DNA from: Macrostomum lignano
Lineage: Eukaryota
Direction of reading: 5' to 3'
Assembly (NCBI GenBank): GCA_002269645.1
Contig: NIVC01000128.1
Location: 222,216-249,855, forward strand
Length of the DNA: 27,640 nucleotides
The position numbers were made by a program, and so were the translations under genes. Under the pieces are notes generated by a model. That model was not told the origin of the DNA. It made no database searches and saw only the letters and a list, made by a program, of their open reading frames with translations. Shown here one piece after another: positions 1 through 10,405 of this stretch. Positions within the stretch are counted from its first letter, which is position 1. The number at the start of each line of letters is the position of its first letter.

Positions 1-346
1 GCTCGATGCTACGGCAGCCACCAAGCCTGTTACTAAGGAGCTGCTACAGCTAATCGAACTAATAGGTATGGAGCCTTATCACTTTCTACGAAAAAGGCAT
101 TTTCCAGATTTTTTCAAACTTAATTAACAATGTCTGTCACTTCCTTGCAAATATAAAGAAATGATTATCATAATTTGAAGTTTTAGGTTTTGCAATTGTA
201 TAATAATAAAAGCGCACTAAAGGTTCGCCATTTATAAAAGTTAAACTTCAACGGCACATTTATATTTGCTGTTTATTTATCATATTTCAGGTCGTGATGC
301 TCTTGCATGCGACTCCGGCTTCTATATGCAAGGACTACCTAAGTAG
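1..346 (+). CDS. Possible 3' exons of an unidentified gene (exon to 65, intron 66-290, exon from 291)
   Basis: AG|GTATGG donor and TTTCAG|GT acceptor are phase-compatible across an AT-rich gap. The translation LDATAATKPVTKELLQLIELI-G-RDALACDSGFYMQGLPK* is not recognised. Confidence 0.3.
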
Positions 347-3300
347 AAGGACGCAAGACTCAGAATTGGTGAAAATTTCATTGGAGGCCGATTTTTCAAT
401 GTATTTCCTGTGTACGCTATTGATCGACAATCCTCCGCCAGTACTGAGGCCCAGCTTGAAATGGCGAAGACTCTAGCTGTCCGCGGCGATTTACTCGACG
501 AGCTGCTCGCCCCCTAGAAGCTAAGTGTGTCAGCTAACTGCATTCATTTACAAAAAAAACTTATAACATAAAATTTTTTGGATATAAATGCGATTCCCAA
601 AACACACTGCTTTTTTATTTCTTATTTTCTTCAGTTTCTACTTATAGACATATTGTGAATACATTCACGCATTCGCTCTTTCCCACGCGCATCTCCAACT
701 GATCACTGTTCATTTTTCTTGCGTTATGGTTAAAATTAAATAAAGAAATAATCAAGATTGGAGACCGTATAAAAATTAAGAAAAAATTCTAAGTTTTTGT
801 CATTAAACAGACTCGTATCCGTGATAAGAGTTATACTTTTGTTAAATTTAATAGTGTGAGAGCTAGCATTGCTACGGCGGGCAAAAAACGGCTGAGATTT
901 GGCGTCAGGGTTTCTAAATATGAAATTCCACATTTACTACTACTGCAAAAAACTTTGCGCACTACTAACCGCAGTAGATAAATTCGGACGTAACTCCTAA
1001 ATTTTCGCGACGCTCATTAAATTAAACAATTCTTCCGTCTTCCTACTTAAACTAGGAACGTCTTCCGACTTACCTGATTGGCTGGCTAACATGGAAGAAT
1101 AGAGTGATTTTAAACTAGGAATATGGCTTCAATTTTCTATGCGGGCGCGGTCCACTCGGTTTATTTTTAATTTTTTAAATCGAAACACATTTGAAATTTC
1201 TTTCATTTCTTTAAGTTAGAAATATTGTTTAAAAACAATAATTTTGGTTTTTAAATAGTTATTAGAGAATTTATTTTATTTAAACTAGTTTCATTTTGTT
1301 ATAGTTACTTTGTCTTTCTAACTACCATTTTTCCATCTAAAATGATTCCAATCGAGTTCACATTATCAGTACATGCTTGCTCTCCTAATTTTTTTGTGGC
1401 TGCATCTTCTTGCTGCATTGACTACATGATGTACATGTACATGTACGTGCATGTACGAGTACTACAGCAATTAGCATGCAAAGCAGCAAATGTATCATAT
1501 GTTACTGACGCTTTATCGTCGCAGATTTCATTCTGCAATGCAGAATTACAAAGTATTGGTGATAAATCACCACTAAATTATGATAAAATGCTAATAAGTT
1601 ATTCTTTGCGCCGAACTCGTGTCGTCAGCGAATTAATTTGAAAGCCCTTGCACACATATATGTTGCCATAGCATGTAGTTGCAAATTACGTTTTTAATTA
1701 AGCAAGTTGCTTTATAAATTACAAAACTTACATTATACATATGTCTTCAAGTTAGTATGCAACTTAATGCTAAATGTTAGTTGTAGCGTTTCGATTTCGA
1801 CCGGCAATGCAATAATTGACTCCATTCGAATATTGTGGTGCACTTCATGTATTTCATACGTGTTCACCATCGACTCCATCTCCAGGCCGTTCTGGAGACC
1901 ATGTCTCCATTTGCCTATCGCAAAGTAAAGGCCTTTGCGCGACTTCTCGTTACTATGCCCTCTACTCACGGACTACTCAAGTAGCCATGTTGCGTGCACG
2001 TAGCGGCGTTGCCAATCTGTTTGCCCATGCTTTAATTGTACAATATACTCAGCCTGCTGGATCCAACATAATAAAAATTTAAGCTTTTATGTACTGAAAT
2101 TACTAGCTGGGTCGAGTACGTGGTCACGCATGAGTGCAGATCCACTCTACGAAGGCTTTGTCAAACTTCTATGCTATCTTAACTGCTTCATCGGGTTCTA
2201 CGTGTGTACGTACAACGGTGCATTGTGATTTTTGGTCAATTAGGCAGCCTTAGCAGGTAGCATGTTAATTCTAATGTGAGGCTTCTACCAAAACTTGCTG
2301 TCTTTAGTTGAATTAATAGTTACGCTACTTACATTAGCCAGTATTTTTACATGCAATTGTTTACACAAAGTAAACCCTGATAACTTGACATTCCATAAGA
2401 ATAGCGTTTCATTCCCGCGAAAAAAACAAATTTCATACACTTTATACTTTTGCACTCTGCTCACTCCAGGCTCAATTCAATGCACAGTGCCCAAATCCAT
2501 ATATTCGGTGTCCTTCACGCTACAGAAGTTGGCTTTCACAGGAAGCTTCATCTCTGCAATGGCCATCGTTACTGCATAATTATTGCTATTACCAACAACA
2601 GGAACTTGGATCGAGTGCTCAAGGCGGAAAAACTTGATCATTAGTCTTCGAGACAAGCTGCCCCAATCAATGCGCGCCAATATTTAATTTTTGTTGCAAA
2701 AATTTTGCAAAAGTTTTAATTCCGATTATTGTCCTTTGTCCTTGGGAGAATTTTTACCCCTAATGTGAAGTGTAGCCATGCAGAATTAAATACACGTAGT
2801 CACCAACGGGAACGCTCGATAATCAATATTATGAAGTTAAAGCGAATCAATCGCAGAAGCACTCCAGGGAGGGAGCCTATATGGCAGATTGCTCTCATGG
2901 ATTCCGGATGGGTCAAAGCCCACGCAGCCAACCGGCCAGACATGACATGAGGCAGTGGCTATAGGAAGAAGAACCTCATCGGACCCGACTGGTCCCGCTT
3001 ATTTCTCCCAGGGGACGCAGTCGGGGGAGATACCAAACAGAATCCAGACAGAATGTGCTAAGGAGTTCGGAGAGAAGAGATCAAGAAAAGAGAGAGATGG
3101 GGGAGATGTGAGTGCAACGGGAAGACCAATGAAGCTGAACAGTGCTCGGCATCTCATCAGATCTTGTCTCAGAACAAGAACTTCTTCACTTCTTCCCTGC
3201 TTGTTCGAGTCTGCTCAGATCTTCAGAGCCCAAATCTGATTTAGTCTGTGGAGAAAGCATTCACTCTCACATTGCGGCGGCCCTGGCAAAGAAACTGCAA

Positions 3301-3520
3301 TCGTCTCAATCTATCAATGAAGCTAGCTACTTTGCTTTTTAGTTTTATGTTTGCACCTGTTTGAAAACTACCAGGTAATCCATTTTTTTTATTAGAGGCA
3401 GGGGGGTTGTGTGCACCCTGGCGCAATTTAAGCGTCATTGGCACACAACCGGCGAGAGGCATTACTGCCCATTCCGCCGACTCCCCTGAGCAGGCATACA
3501 AGCGCGCGGATACGTTACGC

Positions 3521-3741
3521 AGGCACACACTCACACAGGAGTGTACAGCGGCCCTAACTTTATCAATTGTTAGGCATGTACACTTCACTGCGCCTTGGGG
3601 GGTTGGCTCTCAAGGCCGTTAATTGCACAAGCGAGCCAAGCCGAAATTCCAATTCAGCCCCAAATTAATGTGGCTGCACTTGGAATCGAGCCTGGGTCAC
3701 GGCACACCAGAGCAGCTGCGCTACCGCTGGGCTACGGCCCC
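3521..3741 (-). mobile_element. tRNA-derived SINE, copy 1
   Basis: Pol III A box TAGCCCAGCGG (3734-3724) and B box GGCTCGATTCC (3692-3682). The body and tail (ccaacccccaaggcgcag...gtacat...ggccgctgtacactcctgtgtgag) recur elsewhere in the window. Confidence 0.72.
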
Positions 3742-4170
3742 CCTCTAGGTAATCCATGGTTGTTCAATTCAGAATTTTCCACTCCCCTACCAAATACGGG
3801 TTGTTCATTCGCCAGATTTAATTATTCCACAGGCGAGGAAAAGTGCATTTGCTACTAGCAGGCAGAGAGTAACTCACTGTCCTGCCCTCCTTGCCGCACA
3901 ACTGAGCACGATGGGCCTTAGAGAGGTGAACTTTGATGCTAACAGAATTTCCTTTTGCAGCAAAGCTACATGTTTGCTAAGGGATGACAGTTACAGTCTC
4001 TTGGTTTTGGGATCTGTTGTGCAGCGGTAACGACACTGGCTAGGTCTTATAGTACGATGTACTCTTTCAAATCTATTAGCAAAATGCAGACCACTGCCAA
4101 TCCTAATTACTCGTACAATTTGAATCCTCTGTAGTAAGAGTGACTTTCCAATATAAATACTACTGGGTAA

Positions 4171-4393
4171 GGGGCAGAGCAGCTCAGCGGTCAAAGTGTC
4201 TGACTCCCGCGCCACGACCCCTTGGTTTGATTCCGTGCGCGCGGCCACATTCATCTGGGGCTTGTGTGCCCGAAAACTGACTGGGGGTTGTCGTGTGGTC
4301 TGCACCCATGAGGCCCAACCACAGACCATATAGAACCACAGACCATTCTATATGGTCTGTGGGCCCAACCCCCAAGGCACAGAGACTGCACAT
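4171..4393 (+). mobile_element. tRNA-derived SINE, copy 2 (diverged, interrupted)
   Basis: A box-like CAGCTCAGCGG (4180-4190) and B box-like GGTTTGATTCC (4224-4234); shares gc.gccacatt.at.tggggct and ccaacccccaaggc.cag with copy 1. Confidence 0.65.
4312..4370. mobile_element. Miniature hairpin insertion with 9-bp direct flanks (GGCCCAACC)
   Basis: Perfect 17-bp stem 4319-4335 / 4346-4362 with a 10-nt loop; GGCCCAACC at 4312-4320 and 4362-4370, inside SINE copy 2. Confidence 0.6.
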
Positions 4394-4957
4394 CGGATGT
4401 CGGCAAACTCCGGCCCGCGGGCCACCTACGGCACGCCAAGCCTTTCTATCCGGCCCTCAGATCCTTTGAAAAGTCACAGTAGCAATCCGGTCTGCTCAAG
4501 GTTTGTGTCGCTTCTCAACTCTCTTCTCTAATCTCCTCTCCTCTCTCCTCTCTCTTCTCCTCTTTCCTATCCTCTCTCCTATCTCCTCTCCTCTCTCCTC
4601 TCTCTCTCTGCTCCTCTCCTCTCTCCTCTCTCTTCTCATCTTTCCTATCCTCTCTCCTATCTCCTCTCCTCTTCTCTCTCCTCTCTTCTCTAATCTCCTC
4701 TCCTCTCTCTTCTCTCTTCTCCTCTTTCCTATCCTCTCTCCTATCTCCTCTCCTCTTCTCTCTCTTCTCTCCTCTCCTCTCTCAGCTTTCCTCTCCTCTC
4801 TCCTCTCTCCTCTCTCCTCTCTTCTCCTCTTTCCTATCCTCTCTCCTCTCTCCTCTCCTCTCTCCTCTCTTCTCTCCTCTCCCCCTCTCTTTTCTATTCC
4901 ATCTCCTCTCTTCCCTCGTCTGGCCCGCTCTGGAGATGAAGGGTTTGCAAACCCCTG
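4394..4957 (+). mobile_element. hAT (Charlie-like) non-autonomous element with internal CT-rich satellite, copy 1
   Basis: Ends CGGATGTCGGCAAACT...GGCCCGCGGGCC and GGTTTGCAAACCCCTG resemble the CAGGGGT.GGCAAAC hAT TIR. The 8-bp flanks CTGCACAT / GTGTACAT match at 6/8. Confidence 0.72.
4510..4915. repeat. CT-rich low-complexity / (CTCTC)n-like repeat
   Basis: Almost pure polypyrimidine with recurring ctttcctatcctctctcctatctcc blocks. Confidence 0.92.
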
Positions 4958-4989
4958 GTGTACATTATAGTATTTTTAATTTTACCATA

Positions 4990-5960
4990 ATATTATTTGA
5001 GAGCGAACTAATAACTAATAAGTACAACGAAAGAAAGATATATATTCTCGTACAAAGGGCAACTTTTCTTTCTGGATGTTTTTCAGCAGCTTGCGATTCT
5101 GACAGAAATCAGAACATTGTGAAGGCCTCGCTAGCTTCGCTAGGTCCTCACCGAACATGGTTAGGTCATCGCAGTATAGTAGATTATTTATCTCAACATT
5201 CATGATAAAGTTTTGCTGTGGAATGATTCTTCAACGTTTTGCTGAGGGATCAATGTACAGGGTTGTCTTGACGCCATTTTTCGGTTGGTGTCATGGAAGC
5301 TGTTTCATCGGATATTTTGACTTTCGCCTCTGAATGCAACATTGAGTGAGGTCTATAAGTCTGTTGAATGAAATACGAGCCAGAATGATTCACCATGTCA
5401 AATGCACTTTTCAAGTCAAAGAAGACAAGATGGAAAGGTCTTTCATTGCTCGTTTTGTGTTTGACAAGAGACAATAGAGTATCAATGTGATCCAAACATC
5501 GGGGCATAAATGATTGAAGCGAAGAGATGAGCCATGATGGGGAAAACGCTAATTGGTCTGTAGTTTTTTGGGTCGTTGCTGGTCCTGTCTTGTAGATCGG
5601 AGTCACCAAAGCGACTGACGGCCACTGTCTGGGTATGTATCAAAGCCTCAGGATTGTGTTGAGCAGCTTCAGTAACACTGGTTTTATAACGACCAGGCCG
5701 TAAATAATGTCAGCTCCCTTCAGCTTTTTCAACTGATCTTGGTATCTCTTGGCAAGACTATATCGTATTCTGTTGCTAGCAACCTGCCTGCTGGCATGCG
5801 TCTCAGTGTTTCATCGCTATAGATCCAGAATTTACAGATCCAGAAATCCAGAAGCTTCCGTCGGCTTCGATTAGCAACACTCCAAGTAGGTGCCTTTTGG
5901 TAGACTTCCTCTTTTACGGGGTGATTGTTGCGATAAAAACTGGATGTTTCAAGCATACTT
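4990..5960 (-). mobile_element. Degenerate non-LTR retrotransposon RT fragment
   Basis: Broken frames give PVLLKLLNTIL..IPRQW..ALVTPIYKTG, LVFFDLKSAFDMVNH and NNLLYCDD (YADD equivalent), with stops and frameshifts. The 5' boundary is approximate. Confidence 0.85.
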
Positions 5961-6189
5961 TACATTTAGAAACGCTTAGAAAATTACGGCCACTGTACAC
6001 TCTGTGTGAGCGTGTGTATGAGGAGTACATGCCTGCATGCAGTAGTCGCTTGCTTGCATGCGCTCAGGAGTCAGTGGAATGGGCAGAATTGCCGTCAGCA
6101 CTGGTTATTGGACGATATCGCCCAAGTTGCTGCGAAGGATGCCCGCAGCCCTTCTGCAGTTATTATTATTAATATTATTTACCATTATG

Positions 6190-7660
6190 AAACGTCTGGG
6201 TCTGGGCACTGTGTCCAGCTTGTTAAACCGTCACTGCTGTCTTGGTGGGGACGAATCCATGAAGTGGAAGGCTTCGAAGATCATCTCCATCCCCAAGCAA
6301 GGTGCCAACTCCACTAGCCAATACGCTCGTGGACAACCAGCGCGCCTTCGAGTGCACTCTTCCAAAGGTTCTGAATGCTGCGCTGCGAAACCACCTGCTC
6401 CCAGTGCTCAACTCGCGCATGCTGCGAAACCACCTGCTCCCAGTGCTCAACTCGCGCATGCTGCGAAACCACCTGCTCCCAGTGCTCAACTCGCGCATGC
6501 TGCGAAACCACCTGCTCCCAGTGCTCAACTCGCGCATGCTGCGAAACCACCTGCTACCAGTGCTCAACTCGCGCATGCTGCGAAACCACCTGCTCCCAGT
6601 GCTCAACTCGCGCATGCTGCGAAACCACCTGCTACCAGTGCTCAACTCGCGCATGCTGCGAAACCACCTGCTACCAGTGCTCAACTCGCGCATGCTGCGA
6701 AACCACCTGCTACCAGTGCTCAACTCGCGCATGCTGCGAAACCACCTGCTCCCAGTGCTCAACTCGCGCATGCTGCGAAACCACCTGCTCCCAGTGCTCA
6801 ACTCGCGCATGCTGCGAAACCACCTGCTCCCAGTGCTCAACTCGCGCATGCTGCGAAACCACCTGCTCCCAGTGCTCAACTCGCGCATGCTGCGAAACCA
6901 CCTGCTCCCAGTGCTCAACTCGCGCATGCTGCGAAACCACCTGCTCCCAGTGCTCAACTCGCGCATGCTGCGAAACCACCTGCTCCCAGTGCTCAACTCG
7001 CGCATGCTGCGAAACCACCTGCTCCCAGTGCTCAACTCGCGCATGCCAGCCTCTCAGAGTGCTTTTCGCCCCGGCAGGTCAACTACTGAGCAGGTGGCAT
7101 CATCCTTGAGACCTGCAGAGCACGCCAAAAAGCTCGCCTCAATTGTTTTCATCGACTTCCGCAAAGCCTTTGATTCTGTTAGCTGGCTGACCATAGCCTG
7201 GCTGCTCGCTCAGCGTGGAGTGCCGTCTCTGCTTGTGCGGGCAGTCATGGACTTGTACACCAGTTCTATGGCATTTGTCCAAACATCCGATGGACCCACT
7301 GAAGAGTGTCAAACCAGCTCTGGCGTGCTGCAGGGTGACACCCTCTCCCCCTGCTGTTCGTCCTGCTGATGGACTACGTGCTCCGCAGGAAGAGGATGGC
7401 TTTGTGGTCACCCAACGCCGCAGCTCACGGCATCCTGAGGTCCGACTCCCTGACGACAAAGCCCTTGTCTGCCGCGGCCTGGAGTCGGCACAGAGAGCAA
7501 TAAAATGGGCTCTTCGAGGAGGTTGCCCGCGTGGATCTGCAGATCAGCGCCAAGAAGACCGAGTTGCTTCACGTGGGCACTGAGACTGCCCCGCCTCTGA
7601 CGCTGCCCAATGGGGAGACAATAGCCGTCTGCCAAGACTTTAAGTGCCTCGGCGTTCCGG
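6190..7660 (+). mobile_element. Degenerate non-LTR (RTE-like) retrotransposon RT fragment
   Basis: KWKASKIISIPKQG, QSAFRPGRSTTEQ, FIDFRKAFDSV, GVLQGDTLSP, PDDKAL (ADD equivalent) and DLQISAKKTE...DFKCLG occur in RT order across several frameshifts. Confidence 0.92.
6382..7044 (+). repeat. 39-bp minisatellite, 17 exact-length copies
   Basis: Unit GCTGCGAAACCACCTGCT(C/A)CCAGTGCTCAACTCGCGCAT; 663 bp = 17 x 39; the only variant is C>A in copies 5, 7, 8 and 9. Confidence 0.98.
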
Positions 7661-9214
7661 TCATGCGACCCAGAGCTGCTAAGCATCGGCCTGACCCCCT
7701 TGACTGCCACTGACTGCTCCCCCAGCCTGTTCAAACAGCGCGTGCTCGCTAGCACTGGGTAGCGTCACTAATAATAACAACTGGGACTGGGTGAGTTGAT
7801 GCTCGATTGACTATACTGTAGTCTGTATAGCCTGCTGCCCTTGTCGGCTGTGTCCTGATTGCATAATTTTTCTCATGCGCTAGTCTCTCGAGTTGAAAAA
7901 AATATGTAGAATATGTTGTTTTGTGTTGTATAGCCATTCTATTAATTATTACACCAATCTGCGAGACCGAAAGTTAAACAAGCCAGCTGTCAATAGTCTC
8001 AAGGGGTCAGTCTGTCTGACCATCGGACTGTCAGTCTGCTGAGTTGCTGTTAAACAGCAAAACCCTTGATTTTAAAGCATCGAACGCCGGTTTTGTTCTC
8101 TGGTGGAATAGTAGCCATTTGCAGCAGCAGGCTATAGCAATATCAGGCAATGAACTTGACTTGACTGTATGAGACTTACGCATGCCAGTACAGTCTATGC
8201 ATGGGCTGAGCTAAGCTGAGCAGGATAGGAAGACTGCGACCTTAAATGAATACTCTCATTGAATAGTCGGGGAGACCTCTTCCAATTCACCTTAGTGCCT
8301 CTGCTCTCACTTCATACTGCATGGCATACTGGTATGGCTAAACACTAGGAAGCAGAAATGCCATTCACTCATTCAGTTAACATAAACAACAATTTTGAAA
8401 ATGAAAAACTTTCTCCTATGCTTCTACGAGCTTGTAGAGTTGGAAGTCGACAGGGCCACTGGCAGAGATACGCAGCAGGGTCTGCAACACACCCCCAATG
8501 TCCGTATGCGGCCAGTATATGACTTGGAGAATAACCAACAGCACCACACAGTTTTAGCATAGGGCTCGAATTGAGACTTTGAACAATTGGCTTCTTGCAT
8601 TGCGATACGATCCGGTCAATACGCGACTCTCCCGCTACTGATTCGCAACCTCACCGCTCCGCAACAGTCCGTGCAGTGCTGAACAATGCCAGCACTACTC
8701 GCAGGAGTTGCCCATTGCGGTGAATAATGTTGCCAGTCTGAGTGGCAGTTGTTTCAGTGCCTGCTCACTCTGCAGCTCGATCGAGTCACGCCCGCTCCCC
8801 ATTGGCCAGTGAGAATCCCGGCCCGTCCTCCCCTGCTTGGATCGATGTCCGCTTTGGTCGCCAGCATTTAGAAGAGTTGGTTTCAGAAATGAATAGAAAA
8901 AGACTGCATTGAGAACTGGCTGGAGAAGAAGACCTGAAGCAGATTTGAAGAGTGCGAACGTGCTTGGCTTTTAGCGGTAGCGCACCCGCCCAGTTAAAAG
9001 TCCCACAAAAGGTTCGTTACTTAGCAAAGTTTGCCACACGAGGCAGAGCCAACCTGAAGCCAGTAGCTGACCCTCCTGCTGTGAGCAGAGCAAACCCAGC
9101 CAGCAGCTGGCCCAGGGGCCAGGGTCGCCGCGTACAACCCAGTCGAAGCCGAAAGACGTCTTCATTTATACAGTTCATTTATACTGAATCGGACAGTCCA
9201 AAGGTCGGAGTGCA

Positions 9215-10405
9215 ATGAAAGTCATGGAGACCGAGGCTCAACTCGAACTTGAGCTGCTAGACCAGCAGCAGCAGCAGCAGCAACGGCCGAGGCCAAGACG
9301 AAGGCTGCTCCGCCAGCTGGAGATCGAGGCCAGACAGCGCCGGCTGAACGTGCAGCTGGCAGCGCTAGTGAGCAAGATCACAGTTCACGGCCCTAGCAAC
9401 ATGCTGGATGCCTATCACTGGAACGACAAGCTGCTCTGGTGCATGGTCCTGTTTTGCACCCTCGGCGGCCTGGTGGTGCACACGGCGAACCAAGTGCAAA
9501 TGTTCTTAGCGAATCCAGTCAGCTCGACGGTCTCTCAGCAGGCAAACTCCTTCACAATGCCAGATGTGACCGTGTGCGACCCGCTGGTGAACAAGTTCTT
9601 CAAGTACAGCCTACTCGAATATGATAGAGAGCTTCAAGCTAAGAGGTCTCTGGTGAGTCACACCCAGCAGCTGCAGATTGTCTACGGCCACCTGTTCGGC
9701 TGGGAGTCTCTCAAATTCCTGGAGGCCGTGTACACCTCTCTGGAACACCGGATCAACATGTCGGCGGTGGGCGCTCGTATCAACGACTTCGTGGTCGCCT
9801 GCTGGTACCGGGGCGAGCGCTGCTCCAACAGCAACTTTGTCACGTTTTTCCACCGCCGTTTTGGCAACTGCTTCACCTTCCGGCCGAAAGAGCGACGCCT
9901 GAGCAGCGAGAGCTCAGACGATGGCCTCATCATGGTGCTGTACAGCCCGAGCACGGACGCCAGCTTCCCCATCGACCGCATCATGAAGACTATCACCGGC
10001 CTGGAATCCGGCGGCTTCAGAGTCGCCATCCACCAGCAGGACACACCGCCGCACCCGGACGCGTCCGGGCTGTTCGTCCCGACTGGCACTCGGCTGGACC
10101 TGCCGCTAACGAAGTACAAGACGACTCTGGTGAGCACGCCGACAAAGACCTGCGCCCAGCCTGCCAAGCAGACCTACTACGACTCAATGCTGCGGCGAAA
10201 CTTCACCTACCTCACCGACCTCAACGACTGCGTCGCAGCGGAGAGAGAGCTGGCCGTGTTCCAGCGCTGCGGTTGCAAGCTCGAGGGCCCCGTGCCGCTG
10301 GCAGTGCCCGGCTCGCCTCTGGCTGATGTGGCCTTTGCCGACAGTCGGGCGCTGCACTTTTGTCACGATCTCTTCGGCCTGGCGGAGAGTTCCCCAGCTT
10401 TTCAG
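9215..10405 (+). CDS. DEG/ENaC exon 1 (N-terminus with polyQ, TM1, most of the ectodomain)
   Basis: ATG at 9215; 397 codons to CAG|GTAAGT donor at 10406 (phase 0). Confidence 0.9.

Noticed and set aside
2955-3239. C-terminal LINE fragment
   Set aside because: There is only a vague resemblance to post-RT motifs and no diagnostic motif I can defend.
3670-3741. Genuine tRNA gene
   Set aside because: A and B boxes are present, but I could not form proper acceptor and anticodon stems, and it continues into a repeated SINE body.
4503-4970. Leu/Ser-rich membrane protein ORF (also 16305-16601)
   Set aside because: It is the translation of the CT-rich core of the hAT-like MITE.
6058-7109. Long ORFs in five frames (AAKPPAPSAQLAH, CCETTCSQCSTRA, MRELSTGSRWFRS and others) as repeat proteins
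   Set aside because: They are by-products of a 39-bp (3n) unit; only the LRNHLLPVLNSRM frame connects to recognisable RT motifs.
8952-9218. Upstream ORF overlapping the channel start
   Set aside because: It starts at a non-ATG codon, has no recognisable product, and the transcript 5' end is unknown.
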